DNA of 63,616 nt, counting the filler, from Octopus bimaculoides (taxonomy: Eukaryota): the NCBI RefSeq assembly GCF_001194135.2. It is 6 parts of 5 records of this genome, joined end to end, with 100 filler letters (N's around TTAATTAATTAA, not from the genome) between each part and the next. Parts side by side here need not be neighbours in the genome. Positions count along the whole stretch, not along the records: positions 46,663 to 53,961 come from NC_068987.1; positions 54,062 to 59,746 come from NC_068986.1; positions 59,847 to 62,241 come from NC_068993.1; positions 62,342 to 63,616 come from NC_068987.1; 2 more parts are not named here. One strand, written 5' to 3'. Each line of letters begins with the position of its first letter. The first letter of the stretch is position 1. This document shows, one piece after another, positions 51,055 to 63,616 of this stretch. A model generated the notes under the pieces. It was not told where the DNA came from. It was given only the letters and a program-made list of their open reading frames with translations, and did not search any database. The translations under genes were made by a program, and so were the position numbers.

Positions 51055-51592
51055 TACTAAGGCTGCGCGAAATGGCAGACTGGAAGATCTCTCCCACCGT
51101 CGGAAGCAATCCCTGGCGCCGCACTCTACGCCAATTGAGTAAAGGCTTATAACAGGTGTGCATGTTTAATGATGGCGTGGATGGATGTGAGCCTGGGCAA
51201 TGTAGTATTAAGAACAGGTTGTTGCCCATGCAACTTATCCCCACTTTCCACCTCACTGACGAATCCAAAATAACAACGGGCTGCTACAGTTTGGTGCTAA
51301 CGTGGTCGCAGGAGCTGCCAGGACTAAGTTGAAGTCAACATCGAGCTGCGTTAGGGGCTCCGACTCTTGATTTTTCCTCGAGGTTTACTCCTGAAGGCTT
51401 CCCTGTGACCAGGTACCCTGCAAGACGGCAAAGGTTTGAAATCAGGGTTTCCCTTCCCCCTAGATGGGCTACCCTCCGGGGTTGACGAGCCCCACCTGCC
51501 CGAAGCAACTGGTTTTGAGGCGCCAGATACCCGCCTTTGCCCCTTCTCCCGTCAGTGGTATCAGTTCCGCCGGGCTTAGAAGCTAAGCCACC
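51055..51592 (-). mobile_element. GC-rich element resembling the 5' UTR of RTE/BovB-type LINEs
   Basis: Minus strand GGAGAAGGGCAAAGGCGGGTATCTGGCGCC..AAACCAGTTGCTTCGGGCAGGTGGGGCTCGTC..CATCTAG..CTGATTTCAAACC resembles RTE 5' UTR sequence as I recall it; not verified by search. Confidence 0.55.
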
Positions 51593-51880
51593 ATACAATA
51601 TATATACAATTTAAGAACACAGTATACAATATGTACACACACATGCTGAAATACAATATATACAATACGCACACACAAACACACGTAGTTGAATGGCCGT
51701 TGACTACGTTATAGTTCCTCCGCCCTTTGACGGGTTTGATTTTTTGTCCAACAGTGTGTTCATCAAACACCCACTTCACCAAGCAGGCCTGGTGGTGTTG
51801 GCAGTTTAGTCGCCGACGATCCGACTATGGAACAGGTTGTACTGGACTACATGGTACCAGTAGCACTGAAGAGCGATATA

Positions 51881-51941
<61 letters not shown>

Positions 51942-52869
51942 NNNNNNNNNNNNNNNNNNNNNNNNNNNNNNNNNNNNNNNNNNNNNNNNNNNNNNNNNNN
52001 NNNNNNNNNNNNNNNNNNNNNNNNNNNNNNNNNNNNNNNNNNNNNNNNNNNNNNNNNNNNNNNNNNNNNNNNNNNNNNNNNNNNNNNNNNNNNNNNNNNN
52101 NNNNNNNNNNNNNNNNNNNNNNNNNNNNNNNNNNNNNNNNNNNNNNNNNNNNNNNNNNNNNNNNNNNNNNNNNNNNNNNNNNNNNNNNNNNNNNNNNNNN
52201 NNNNNNNNNNNNNNNNNNNNNNNNNNNNNNNNNNNNNNNNNNNNNNNNNNNNNNNNNNNNNNNNNNNNNNNNNNNNNNNNNNNNNNNNNNNNNNNNNNNN
52301 NNNNNNNNNNNNNNNNNNNNNNNNNNNNNNNNNNNNNNNNNNNNNNNNNNNNNNNNNNNNNNNNNNNNNNNNNNNNNNNNNNNNNNNNNNNNNNNNNNNN
52401 NNNNNNNNNNNNNNNNNNNNNNNNNNNNNNNNNNNNNNNNNNNNNNNNNNNNNNNNNNNNNNNNNNNNNNNNNNNNNNNNNNNNNNNNNNNNNNNNNNNN
52501 NNNNNNNNNNNNNNNNNNNNNNNNNNNNNNNNNNNNNNNNNNNNNNNNNNNNNNNNNNNNNNNNNNNNNNNNNNNNNNNNNNNNNNNNNNNNNNNNNNNN
52601 NNNNNNNNNNNNNNNNNNNNNNNNNNNNNNNNATATATATATATATATATATATATAATGGTTGATAGTTAGCAAGATGGGACACACATAAGAAAGAAGA
52701 AAGCAAAGGACCACTGATGAGGTCACAGAAGTGGGACGAAAGAACTCTGGCCGAAATAGGATTAATGTAATATAATGTAATATAAGCTGAAGCAAACTAA
52801 CACCAAGTATACAGTGCGTGTGTTTTTATTGGCTAAACTGGCAACATGACCATCCCCAAGTACAACAAT

Positions 52870-52917
<48 letters not shown>

Positions 52918-53619
52918 ATTGAGATTAATCATTAACGAATATAGATAATTTTTATAAGTTTTGTCTCTTATACTGCCTGACAAGAAAAGAAGAAAAAATT
53001 GTAATTATTTAAGACTGATGACGTTCATTTTGTTTTCTCAATAGGGTTACAATATTAATTAATTCAAAATGTTTTTCAGATATTATTGCAAAATGCACTT
53101 AAATACATTAAACAACACTTCTAACAGCAAACGTTTTAACCCTCTGCAGCAAACTTTCATATCATGAGCACGATAAACATTACTATTACTATTCTTATTA
53201 TTATTCTTATTCTTATTATTATTATTATTATTGTACTAGAGCACTTGTGTGTATAATTATCTGAAGCTGTGGCCTTTTATCTCATGCTGAGTCTCCATCG
53301 GACGGATGTGGTCGTACTAACTATAATAGTGGTAAAACTTTTATCAGGTGGTGATGCGGTTATGAAGTTATGTTCGTGATGGCAATTTCCTCTGCTGTTA
53401 TCGTTCTTGTTGTTGTTGATGCTACTGTTGTTGCACTTGTTAAACGATTGGTTATCAATATAAAATCAATAAGGTGCTAATAATTTCTCTCACCGCCAAA
53501 ATGTCTTGTTGCACTTGATGAATCGATGCGAAGAGAATATAATACTGTTTACAGATGTGTATGTGTATATAAAAATACTTACACAAATACACACAAGCAT
53601 ATATATAAATATATATATG

Positions 53620-53650
<31 letters not shown>

Positions 53651-53901
53651 GTATACATATATACATACAGTTATATATACATATCGATGTATATACATAT
53701 GTACACATATATATATGCATATATATGTATATATATATGTGTGTGTATATATAGATATATGTAAATATATATGCATATATGTGTGTGTATATATCCATAT
53801 ATACACACACGCATGCGCATGCGCACACACATATGTATGTATTATATGTAGGGACGTGTATATATATATATATAGGTGTATGTATGTGTATATAGATATA
53901 C

Positions 53902-53942
<41 letters not shown>

Positions 53943-55868
53943 TACGCACACTAATATGAGANNNNNNNNNNNNNNNNNNNNNNNNNNNNNNNNNNNNNNN
54001 NNNNNTTAATTAATTAANNNNNNNNNNNNNNNNNNNNNNNNNNNNNNNNNNNNNNNNNNNNGCATTTCGAAGAGTTGGGCAGGACACATCGTTAAAATGG
54101 CTCTTCCCATGGACCGCAAATTAAATTTGTATACACAAATTAAACCTGTGCCATGGAGGAATGTAGTGGCAGACAAAAAACAAGACATATATATATACAC
54201 ACACACATTTATATATTTATATACTACACACACACATATATACATATGGTCTTATACATTCATGTATGTATGTGTACATATATATATATGCATACAAATA
54301 CACATGTAAACACAAATATACACACACATGCATATATATATATATACAGGGACACACAAGCATATATATGTTCATGCGGGTGTATATTTGTGTGTAGGTA
54401 TATATATTTGTATATGGAAACACACTCATATATATGTGTGTTTGAATAAATATATATACATATATATATATATACATACATATGCATGTATAAATGCATA
54501 CACAAAGAAGCAAATCATAGTTATGCACTTGTATATGGCATTAAATTATTTATAGTAAATCTTACATAAACATATTTGCTGGAAATGGAATATAGTTCTT
54601 TGAAATCTTTACAGCTGTTTCAAAGATTCAGTATTTAGTTGATGCCATAAAGTGTTATTACGTAAATATGTGTTCATTGTGAAGACATTATAAATCCAAG
54701 TTTGAGGACAATAGAAAAGAGAAGGAAGATCAAAAAGATGAAAAAATAAAGAAAAAAGTTTAAAAAACCATGTTAAGTAATCCCAGCTATGAGGTTAACA
54801 AAATGACCTTTTGGCAGGCTTAACACGGTACAGGCATCCAAGCATGTTGATGAGATCATAGTTGAAAGCAAAATGCCAAGAATTATATAAGTGGAACATG
54901 AAAATAAGAAGGTAAAATAAAGAAGAATAAAAAGTGAATTTCTCTTGAGTTGTGTTATTATTAACAACGCTCTGTTAGAATTTCCAATCTCTCCATAAAT
55001 GAAGATATTTTCAAAATATCATTCCTCTTAATCTAGACTGCTCACCAATGGTTTCTCAGATAAACTATCTTACATCCCCAACACTGGGCTAAAAATTATG
55101 CTTGAACAATTAACTCCACACAAAAAGTCTACTGTAGATAATCCTAAAAGACTGTTAATATTGATAATATCAATGCTAATGAAATAAATATAATTCTAAC
55201 TCTTACTCCCACAGAACTCTCCATAGAATAAATTCCTCCCTTCCTAAGCATAATACTAACACTAACTGTTTATTCCCAGTTTTGTCTATGATTGTCCTTA
55301 TGGTTGATGGCCTAAGTGAGTCAAAAGTTGATCTTATCCAGGGTGATTCTCTCCACCTAAAGTGATCTGGATGACATAACAGGAGCAGAAAGCACAAAGT
55401 TCTCTTGTTTACACCCCTGTTTTGTTTACTAGTTAAATCTCAACCTAAACTTTTCTTCAATATTCTAAAGTCTAGATTCCCACTTCAGTATAAGTACCAC
55501 TCCATATTTAACATCTCTGCTATGAAGCTTTCTAATGTTATCACACCTGCCTAATCTTGAATCTATTATTTATTACAGCTTCTAATTGGTGGAAACTCAG
55601 CCTAATCCACACTTGATTTTGAATATCTTCTAAACTGTATTTCTAGTAACCTTAAGTAAAATAATTGTAATAATAACAATGTTAGTGTAACTCACAGCGA
55701 TATCAGCAGTACTAATAACAATAGCAATATTGCTATAATAGCCTTCAAAATAACAACCTGACCAGAGCCAAAAGTAAAATTAAAATTAGAAATAAAATAT
55801 AAATATACCTAAGAATTATTGTAATATCAGCATCAGAGCTACTACTTCTACTGCTACTAATGATAGTT

Positions 55869-55905
<37 letters not shown>

Positions 55906-55945
55906 TTTAAAAAAGAGGATTGACGTAACTCTTCACGAAGGTAAA

Positions 55946-56948
55946 TAGTCAAAACGAAGAGCGCGATTTTAGATGTTTTATTTTTTGAACAACATTTCGA
56001 CAGAACGTCTGTCTTTCTCAAGTTCAAACCAAAAGGTGATTGAAAATTCAAAATTTCAGAAACCAAACGTAGACTATGAACGTGAGTAATCAGCGTCCAT
56101 ACGTTGATAGAATGACATCATCAGCTTTTGTCAGTTTTTTAATAAACAGAAAGAAAGAAAGAAAAAGGANNNNNNNNNNNNNNNNNNNNNNNNNNNNNNN
56201 NNNNNNNNNNNNNNNNNNNNNNNNNNNNNNNNNNNNNNNNNNNNNNNNNNNNNNNNNNNNNNNNNNNNNNNNNNNNNNNNNNNNNNNNNNNNNNNNNNNN
56301 NNNNNNNNNNNNNNNNNNNNNNNNNNNNNNNNNNNNNNNNNNNNNNNNNNNNNNNNNNNNNNNNNNNNNNNNNNNNNNNNNNNNNNNNNNNNNNNNNNNN
56401 NNNNNNNNNNNNNNNNNNNNNNNNNNNNNNNNNNNNNNNNNNNNNNNNNNNNNNNNNNNNNNNNNNNNNNNNNNNNNNNNNNNNNNNNNNNNNNNNNNNN
56501 NNNNNNNNNNNNNNNNNNNNNNNNNNNNNNNNNNNNNNNNNNNNNNNNNNNNNNNNNNNNNNNNNNNNNNNNNNNNNNNNNNNNNNNNNNNNNNNNNNNN
56601 NNNNNNNNNNNNNNNNNNNNNNNNNNNNNNNNNNNNNNNNNNNNNNNNNNNNNNNNNNNNNNNNNNNNNNNNNNNNNNNNNNNNNNNNNNNNNNNNNNNN
56701 NNNNNNNNNNNNNNNNNNNNNNNNNNNNNNNNNNNNNNNNNNNNNNNNNNNNNNNNNNNNNNNNNNNNNNNNNNNNNNNNNNNNNNNNNNNNNNNNNNNN
56801 NNNNNNNNNNNNNNNNNNNNNNNNNNCTACGTTTGGTTTCTGAAATTTTGAATTTTCAATCACCTTTTGGTTTGAACTTGAGAAAGACAGACGTTCTGTC
56901 GAAATGTTCAAAAAATAAAACATCTAAAATCGCGCTCTTCGTTTTGAC

Positions 56949-56950
<2 letters not shown>
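55946..56950. mobile_element. Element with about 125-bp near-perfect terminal inverted repeats, interior mostly gap
   Basis: 55946-56072 is the reverse complement of 56827-56950 apart from a 3-bp indel. Confidence 0.6.
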
Positions 56951-57015
<65 letters not shown>

Positions 57016-57016
<1 letters not shown>

Positions 57017-59100
57017 TTTAGTTCAAGTGCACTGGTTAAAGAAATTTAGTAGTTTACATAGGAACAACTTCAGGGTTGCCTTAATGAAGGAATAATACCA
57101 GATTGGATGACTAGAGGGAGAACAATACTCCTTATGAAAGATAAAAGCAAGGGTAATACAGCCAGCAATTATAGACCAATCACTTGCTTACCATTAATGT
57201 GGAAGCTGTTAACAGGAATGCTTTCAGAAAGCATTTGCGAGCAACTTGACAACTGGAATTTACTATCAGAAGAACAGAAAGGTTGCAGGAAGAAGGCTAG
57301 AGGAACGCATGATCTATTATACACAAACAAAGCAGTTCTAAATGAAGTAAAACCTAGAAAGAAAAATTTAACAATAGCTTGGATAGATTATTGGAAAGCC
57401 TATGACATGATCCCACACTCATGGATAAGTTGATGTTTAAGTATATTCAGTATAGCAGACAACACAAGAGAATTAATTAGCTGTAGCATGAAGAAATGGA
57501 AAATAGATCTCTACTTAGGTGACACATTCTTAGGGAAAGTTGATATCGAAAGAGGAATTTTCCAGAAGGAGGCTCATTGTCTCCTTTAATACTTGTCTCA
57601 TATTTGATCCTCCTCAGTTTAGTATTAAGGAAGGTAAAGGCAGCATATCAGTTTAGAAATAATAAGGGAAAAATTAACTATTTGTTCTACATGTATGATT
57701 GGAAGCTTTTTAGTAAGAATGGAAAAGAGATAGACTCATTAATACAGGCTGTAAGACTCTTCAGCAAAGATACAAGCATGGATTTTGGCATAGATAAGTG
57801 TGCAATATTAGTCATAAAAAGGTGACAGGTAGTCAACAATGAAGGCATCCAATTACCAGATGACCAGACATTAAAATCATTGATAAAAAGGAGAGAGTTT
57901 AAGTATCTAGGAGTATTAGAATCTGACAGAATACTAACTTTAGAAATGAAAACAAAAATTGAGAAGGAGTACATCAGAAGGGTAAGAAAGCTAATGAAGT
58001 CAAATCTAAATGGTCTGAATTTATTGAAAGCTGTAAATACTTGAGCAGTATCATTACTTATATACTCAGCTGCTTTTGTAGATTGGATAAAAACTGAATT
58101 AGCAAAGCAACTAGGAAGGAATTCAAGATGAATGGAGGACTCCACCTAAGGGCAGGAGTAGCAAGATTATAGTTACCCAGAAAGGAAAGTGGAGGAGGGC
58201 TAATATCAGTTGAGTTAGCTAGAGTAGATATAGTCTCCTATGTAGGTAATAATGAAGAAAGTTTATTAAGAGCTGCAAGACACAGGAAAACCCCCAAAAA
58301 ACAAACGAAGTTAAAAACCAGAAAAAAAAGAACAAAAGTTATCTGACTGGCAGGAGAAGGCTTTGCATGGTAGATTTCCAAAGATAGTTGCAGCAAATAG
58401 TAGTAGTGAGACATGGTTATGGTTGCAGAAAGGAAAGCTGAAAAGGAAAACAGAAAGTTTGTTAGTAGCAGCACAAGATCAAGCATTAAGAACTAATTGG
58501 ATAAAAGCCAAGATAGACAAAAACCAAGTAGATTTCCAATGTAGGTTATGCAAATCAAAAACGGAAAGTGTTACTTATATAGTAAATGAATGAAGCATGC
58601 TGGCACAGAAAGAATACAAGAAAAGACATGACAGCCTAAGGAAAGTAATCCACTGGGTGTTATGTAGAAAGCTAGGATTTGACCATACTGATAAATGGTA
58701 TGAACAAGAACCTAGTAAAGTACTAGAAAGTAAGAAATATAAAATGCTGTAGGACTTTAACATTCAGACTGACAGAGTAATAGAAACTAGAAGGCCTGAT
58801 TTAGTAGTGGTAGATAAAGATAATAGAAAGTTTCAGATAATTGACTTTACAATCCCAAATGATGAAAAAATCAATATGAGAGGTATAGAAAAAATAGCAA
58901 AGTATCAGGACCTAGTCATTGAATTACAGAGACTATAAAAGTGCAGGTAAAATGTATTCCAGTAGTTATAGATGCATTAGGAACTATCTCTAAAGATTTG
59001 AACAGATGGATAGAGGAAATAGGCATAAAACCCAGTTTAGTGCAGCTCCAGAAAACAGCATCATTAGGGACAGAGGGCTCTTGGCATCTAAAGTGTGTAT
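57016..59100 (+). mobile_element. 5'-truncated R4/Dong-clade retrotransposon (RT + CCHC + RLE), decayed
   Basis: IPDWMTRGRTILLMKD..SNYRPITCLPLMWKLLT; EEQKGCR; AWIDYWKAYDMIPHSWI; RGIF(Q)GGSLSPL; LFYMYDWKL (YMDD); FGIDKCA; FKYLG; CRLCKSKTESVTYIVNE; RRPDLVVVDK..IIDFTIPND..EKIAKYQDL; (AAT)n on both sides (56951-57015, 59101-59221). Confidence 0.95.
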
Positions 59101-59132
59101 ATAATAATAATAGTAATAATAACAACAGCAAC

Positions 59133-59221
<89 letters not shown>

Positions 59222-59222
<1 letters not shown>

Positions 59223-59415
59223 CCTTTCTATTATAGGCAGAAAGCCTGAAGTTTGGTGGGAGGGGTTAGGTCAATTACATTGACCCCAGTACTCAACTAA
59301 TACTTAATTTATCAACCCCCAAAAGGATGAAAGGCAAAATTGACCTCGGCAGAATTTGAACCCAGAATGTAGCAGCAGACGAAATACTGCTTTAATGAGT
59401 CTGCTAACTCAACAC
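59222..59415 (-). mobile_element. Family B SINE between (AAT)n tracts
   Basis: Reverse complement of the family B consensus. Confidence 0.85.
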
Positions 59416-59416
59416 C

Positions 59417-59520
<104 letters not shown>

Positions 59521-59846
59521 AAGAAGAAGAAGAAGAAGAAGAAGAAGAGACACCGGGGATGTTTAACATGTGAGAACGACAAATCACTGCTCCGAAACTT
59601 ATCCAAAAACATCAGAAATAAAGACATCGCATGGAGCCAAAAGATAGCTGACAAAGGGTTGGACTATATCCGAGTAAGTAATACTCATTGAAATTTATTT
59701 CTATTTTTCCAAATATAATGACGTATTTTAACTTGATACCTCCACTNNNNNNNNNNNNNNNNNNNNNNNNNNNNNNNNNNNNNNNNNNNNTTAATTAATT
59801 AANNNNNNNNNNNNNNNNNNNNNNNNNNNNNNNNNNNNNNNNNNNN

Positions 59847-59879
<33 letters not shown>

Positions 59880-59884
<5 letters not shown>

Positions 59885-60060
59885 GCATACATGGGTACAG
59901 GACATCACCAAGGGTGCAAATAACATGAAATACGTAAACATACGAGTTAACTACGTAAACAATGAGAAAAAATGGAAAACAGGACAAGTAAGCACAGAAA
60001 GGACCCTTCATCAGTTGTTGGCTGTCTATCTACTCCTCATTTCGAGCGGTGGTTGTCAAC
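59880..60060 (-). repeat. Family F repeat copy
   Basis: Reverse of CTCGAAATGAGGAGTAGATAGACAGCCAACAACTGATGAAGGG..GGTGATGTCCTGTACCCATGTATGCATG. Confidence 0.55.
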
Positions 60061-60149
60061 TCTTTATGCAGAGTTTGGTCACCTCTTGTCCCATCATGAC
60101 ATCTGATGTGGCTTTTTAAACCAGACAATGTTTTGAAAAGATACCTACG

Positions 60150-62221
60150 TAGATTGCCTATCCGATTTGGACCACGAAGAGCTGCAGATAAGTTTTGATC
60201 TTAGTGGATCTTAGAATGTATTTTGAGGCCTCCGTTAGATTTGCAAACCTTCTGTCATACATTGCATTGAAAGGTGTGCACAGAAATATTGCCAGAATAT
60301 CTGGTGGAGCTTCGTTTTCCATGGGTTCGCAAATGAGATTTGATCTCAGCAAAAGAAAGGCATGGTCTGTCACAACCTGTGCACACAGAAAGGTCATTGT
60401 GATTCACCTTCTCGATCGTAACATTCTTCCTTAAATCTCTCTTGAATCTTGCATGCGTTACCCTGGTCTCTTCAAACGCTTCCACTCCACCCCATACTTT
60501 TGTCCGCCATCCAGCTCAATCCGAGGCAAGGGTTTCTATGTCCTCTGGATCCATTCCAAGTCACTTCATAATAGTCCTTTAGTGAATGCGTCACCAATTT
60601 AGGGAAGGGGTCACTAGTATGTTGAATATCTTCGTAGCTGATGTGTAGCTATAGCCCAAGGAGTCTTCAGAGTCTGGTGGAAGTGACGACGTTGGCGGTA
60701 TGAGTTTTGTCTTGTGTTCGTTCAATATTAATTGATATACGCAGACAGACGGACAAAACTCAACCTTGTTCAATAGCAAAGTTTATTCATAACAGGGCGT
60801 TACGTACAACGTTAATGTCTTGCATAAGATTTCCGGAAAAGAATTACGTTGAGTTCTTGTAGAGATGTGTAGTGTGTTATAGAGATGTCTCTGGTGTGTT
60901 AACAGTAAGTGAATGAATGCGTGAAGACATTTGTTGTACTTTGTATATGCAGAAGAGACTTGATAGAAGTGTTTCTAGATAGCATGAAGATAACGACATT
61001 GAGTTTGGTCAATTATGCCAGCGTCCATGGAAGAAGAATGTTCTTGTATGAGGGAGGCCAGCGTAAACCGCGAAAGAGCAAAACAGCATGCCGGGAGTCC
61101 TGTGGAAGTGAAGCGAGGAAGTCGAGGAACTCGACTGAATCATGGCGGCAGGCACATTATGTAAGAGACAATCGGATGTAGCAGAGAACGTCTATCCGAA
61201 GGAGCTAGTTAATTTAGCCAATCACAGACTGAGTAAAGCTGTGAACTGACAGTCTCGCCTGAGCCTACCTTGAAGTCCAAAAATGCATGTTTTAACTAAA
61301 GCTAATACAAACATGCTAGAGTCCTTATGCCGTCCTTAAACCTTTTTTAGGTTTACGCCGATGGCGTTTCCCCTCTGCAAGTTCACTATAAAGAAGCTGT
61401 TTGGGCGTGCGTTCATCCGTCATTCTAACAATACGGCCACACCATCTCGTTTGGTTTCTCAAAATCATAGCTTTAATTTAGGTGATGCCTGCAGATGCAA
61501 GGACATCTGTGTTTGAAGGAAAAGATCTTCATTTAATGTTTAAAATGCGATGAAGGCATTTTTGGTGAAATTGTTCTAACAATTTAAAATGTCTTTCATA
61601 ACATGTCCATGTTTCACAAGAATGCAACAGGGATGGTAAGACAACTGATTTGTAAAGGACCAACTTTGTATTGCTACTTATATGTTGCTGGCACCAAGCG
61701 CGTGATTTCAAGCCACCAAATGCTTGTGCTGCCCTTTGAATTCGCAGATGTATTTCTGTATCAAGATTTCCATCATTTTCTATAGAGCTTCCAAGATGGA
61801 TGAATAAATCAACAACCTCAAGTAACTTACCCTTAACACATATTTTAGCAGGATTAAAAACAGCACCATATGCAGGTTGATACATTACAGTTGTTTTTTT
61901 TCAAGTTGATGGTCAAGCCAAAATCATCACAAGCTGAGTCAAATGCAGATACAACAGATTGCAGACCTGTTTCAGAATGACTGACTAGATTGCAGTCGTC
62001 AGTGTATAAGAGTCACCGAATGAGTGAAGTACCTTCGTTTTGAATTTCAGTCTGATTAGATTAAAAACATTCCCCGTTGTTCGATATTTTATGTAAATAC
62101 CCTCCTCAGAGTTTTGAAAAGCGTGTGACAACACAACAGTAAAGTATATTGCAAAGAGGGTAGCTGCGTCAAGGTCTCCTTGCTTTCTTCCGTTATCCAA
62201 GGCAAAAGATTCAGAGAGTCT
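60150..62221 (-). mobile_element. RTE/BovB-like LINE, 3' about 1.3 kb of ORF2, split by an insertion
   Basis: NGRKQGDLDAATLFAIYF..GIYIKYRTTGNVFNLIRL; LEVVDLFIHLGS..RIQRAAQAFGGLKSRAW..TKLVLYKSVVLPSLLHSCETWT; PKQLLYSELAEGKR..KRFKDGI; C-terminal CTGCDRPCLS..IKSHLRTH zinc finger. Confidence 0.95.
60580..61319 (-). mobile_element. LTR-like insert inside the RTE LINE
   Basis: Flanked by AGTCCTT duplicates (60573-79 and 61320-26); on the minus strand TGTT(61313)...AACA(60620), a TATA-like TCTATAA, AATAAA near 60785, then a PBS-like CTAGTGACCCC. Confidence 0.6.
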
Positions 62222-62350
62222 ACCAGCGAAATTAACTCTAGNNNNNNNNNNNNNNNNNNNNNNNNNNNNNNNNNNNNNNNNNNNNTTAATTAATTAANNN
62301 NNNNNNNNNNNNNNNNNNNNNNNNNNNNNNNNNNNNNNNNNTGTGTGTGT

Positions 62351-62390
<40 letters not shown>

Positions 62391-63616
62391 CATCATGTTC
62401 ACTTTGTTTGTCTTTTGTAAGTATTCTCTGTATGTGGCTTTGCACGCCATTGGTGCTTGATAATGTTTCTAAGCCTATACATTAACCAGTTGAGCTGTCT
62501 ACCTGATTTTACTAGTGTTTATATATACATATATATATATACTTATACACGTATATACAACTTTTATATATATATACACGCGCAAACAAAAAATTTTCTA
62601 AAAATATACTACCAGCTGTGTATACTTATATATAACATGTTCATTTCGTTGGGTGTATATTTATATATACGTACATACACACATAAATATACATACATAC
62701 ATACATACATACATACATACATACATACATACATACATACGCGCGTGTGCGTGTGTCTGTGCATGTGTATCAGCATGTATGTGTATTTGAATACTTTCCC
62801 ACTGATATGCCCGTTTCTATTCATGTCTGTACTCGTATGATCTTAGGTCGTTGATGTTGACTATCCTCTCATGCCGAACCCACAACACTATGTCCGATTT
62901 GCCGTCGAGATACTTGCTTTTACTCTATTTCCCTTCAACCTTGATAACCATGATTTTTTGACCGAGTGTTCTGTCAAGTGTGTAGCTGAATGAAGCCCAC
63001 AACTCGCGTTTATTATAACGACGGCGCTGTTCCAATGAATCTACCCACGGAAAGTTTTCAACTTCCTATTTTAAATCTGATCTTGTATTTGACGAATCAA
63101 CATAACTATAGTTTGCTATTCCACCACTAATTTCGTTTTTTCATAACTTTCTGAAAAATGCTTCTTTTCTGTATTTTTTATGAAATTTAGCAAAGATACA
63201 TTTTTCGAAGGTCTAGATTACGATTAACGTTGGTAAAATGTAATTTTCGTTCAAGGAATTTCGGATCATTCTCCTTCACTGTAGATTTTTTTTTATTCCC
63301 TCATAATTCTCTTTTTCAGAAATATGCTTTCAAAAGTATACATTGCAATTATATTAACAAATCTTTTTCCAGGATCGTTTTCCTTTGCTCCAGAGGGTTT
63401 CCCATCATAACTCTCTTTAAATTGCTTATTCTTCTTTTTTTGTTAATACTCTACAGAAAATTTTTGGCGGGTGTAGATACTGAGATTTCAAGCATATAAA
63501 TTTGGGTTAAAAAATGGTAAAACCGTAGAAGTCACTGGAATTGGTGGTAACAAAGTCAATGGTCTAGAGAGTGAACCGAAAGTTATGAAAAAGAATGTTT
63601 CTTTTGTTTTTCTTTT

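Noticed and set aside
47257-54555. Many YI/CV/HT-repeat ORFs
   Set aside because: (TA)n, (TG)n and (TATG)n microsatellite translations
63477-63616. Open frame ILRFQAYKFGLKNGKTVEVTGIGGNKVNG.. with a retropepsin-flap-like GIGG
   Set aside because: Short, cut by the window end, with a weak acceptor and no catalytic D(S/T)G upstream; cannot be supported

Overview
Repeat-dense, AT-rich eukaryotic DNA with many N gaps. The SINE families, (TTAGGG)n and dinucleotide/trinucleotide microsatellite load point to an octopus short-read assembly; this species call is an inference from recalled repeat families, not a database result. I could not support any host protein-coding gene: nearly all listed ORFs are microsatellite or N-gap translations, or transposon relics. 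The window holds at least three tRNA-derived SINE families in many copies, decayed mariner transposons (one full length with TIRs and TA duplication), RTE-clade LINE fragments, R4/Dong-clade retrotransposons (RT + CCHC + restriction-like endonuclease) that sit in (AAT)n microsatellites, MITEs and a Helentron-type element. Main observations: (1) an intact-looking minimal type I hammerhead ribozyme at 7208-7252, plus several degenerate hammerhead-like cores; (2) a head-to-tail train of about five different (AAT)n-tailed retroelements at 34375-37563, each lying in the tail of the previous one; (3) an LTR-like insert with a 7-bp duplication splitting an RTE LINE, whose reading frame is restored when the insert is removed; (4) a foldback mariner and several near-perfect hairpins. 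Most repeat boundaries are approximate (roughly 10-20 bp).
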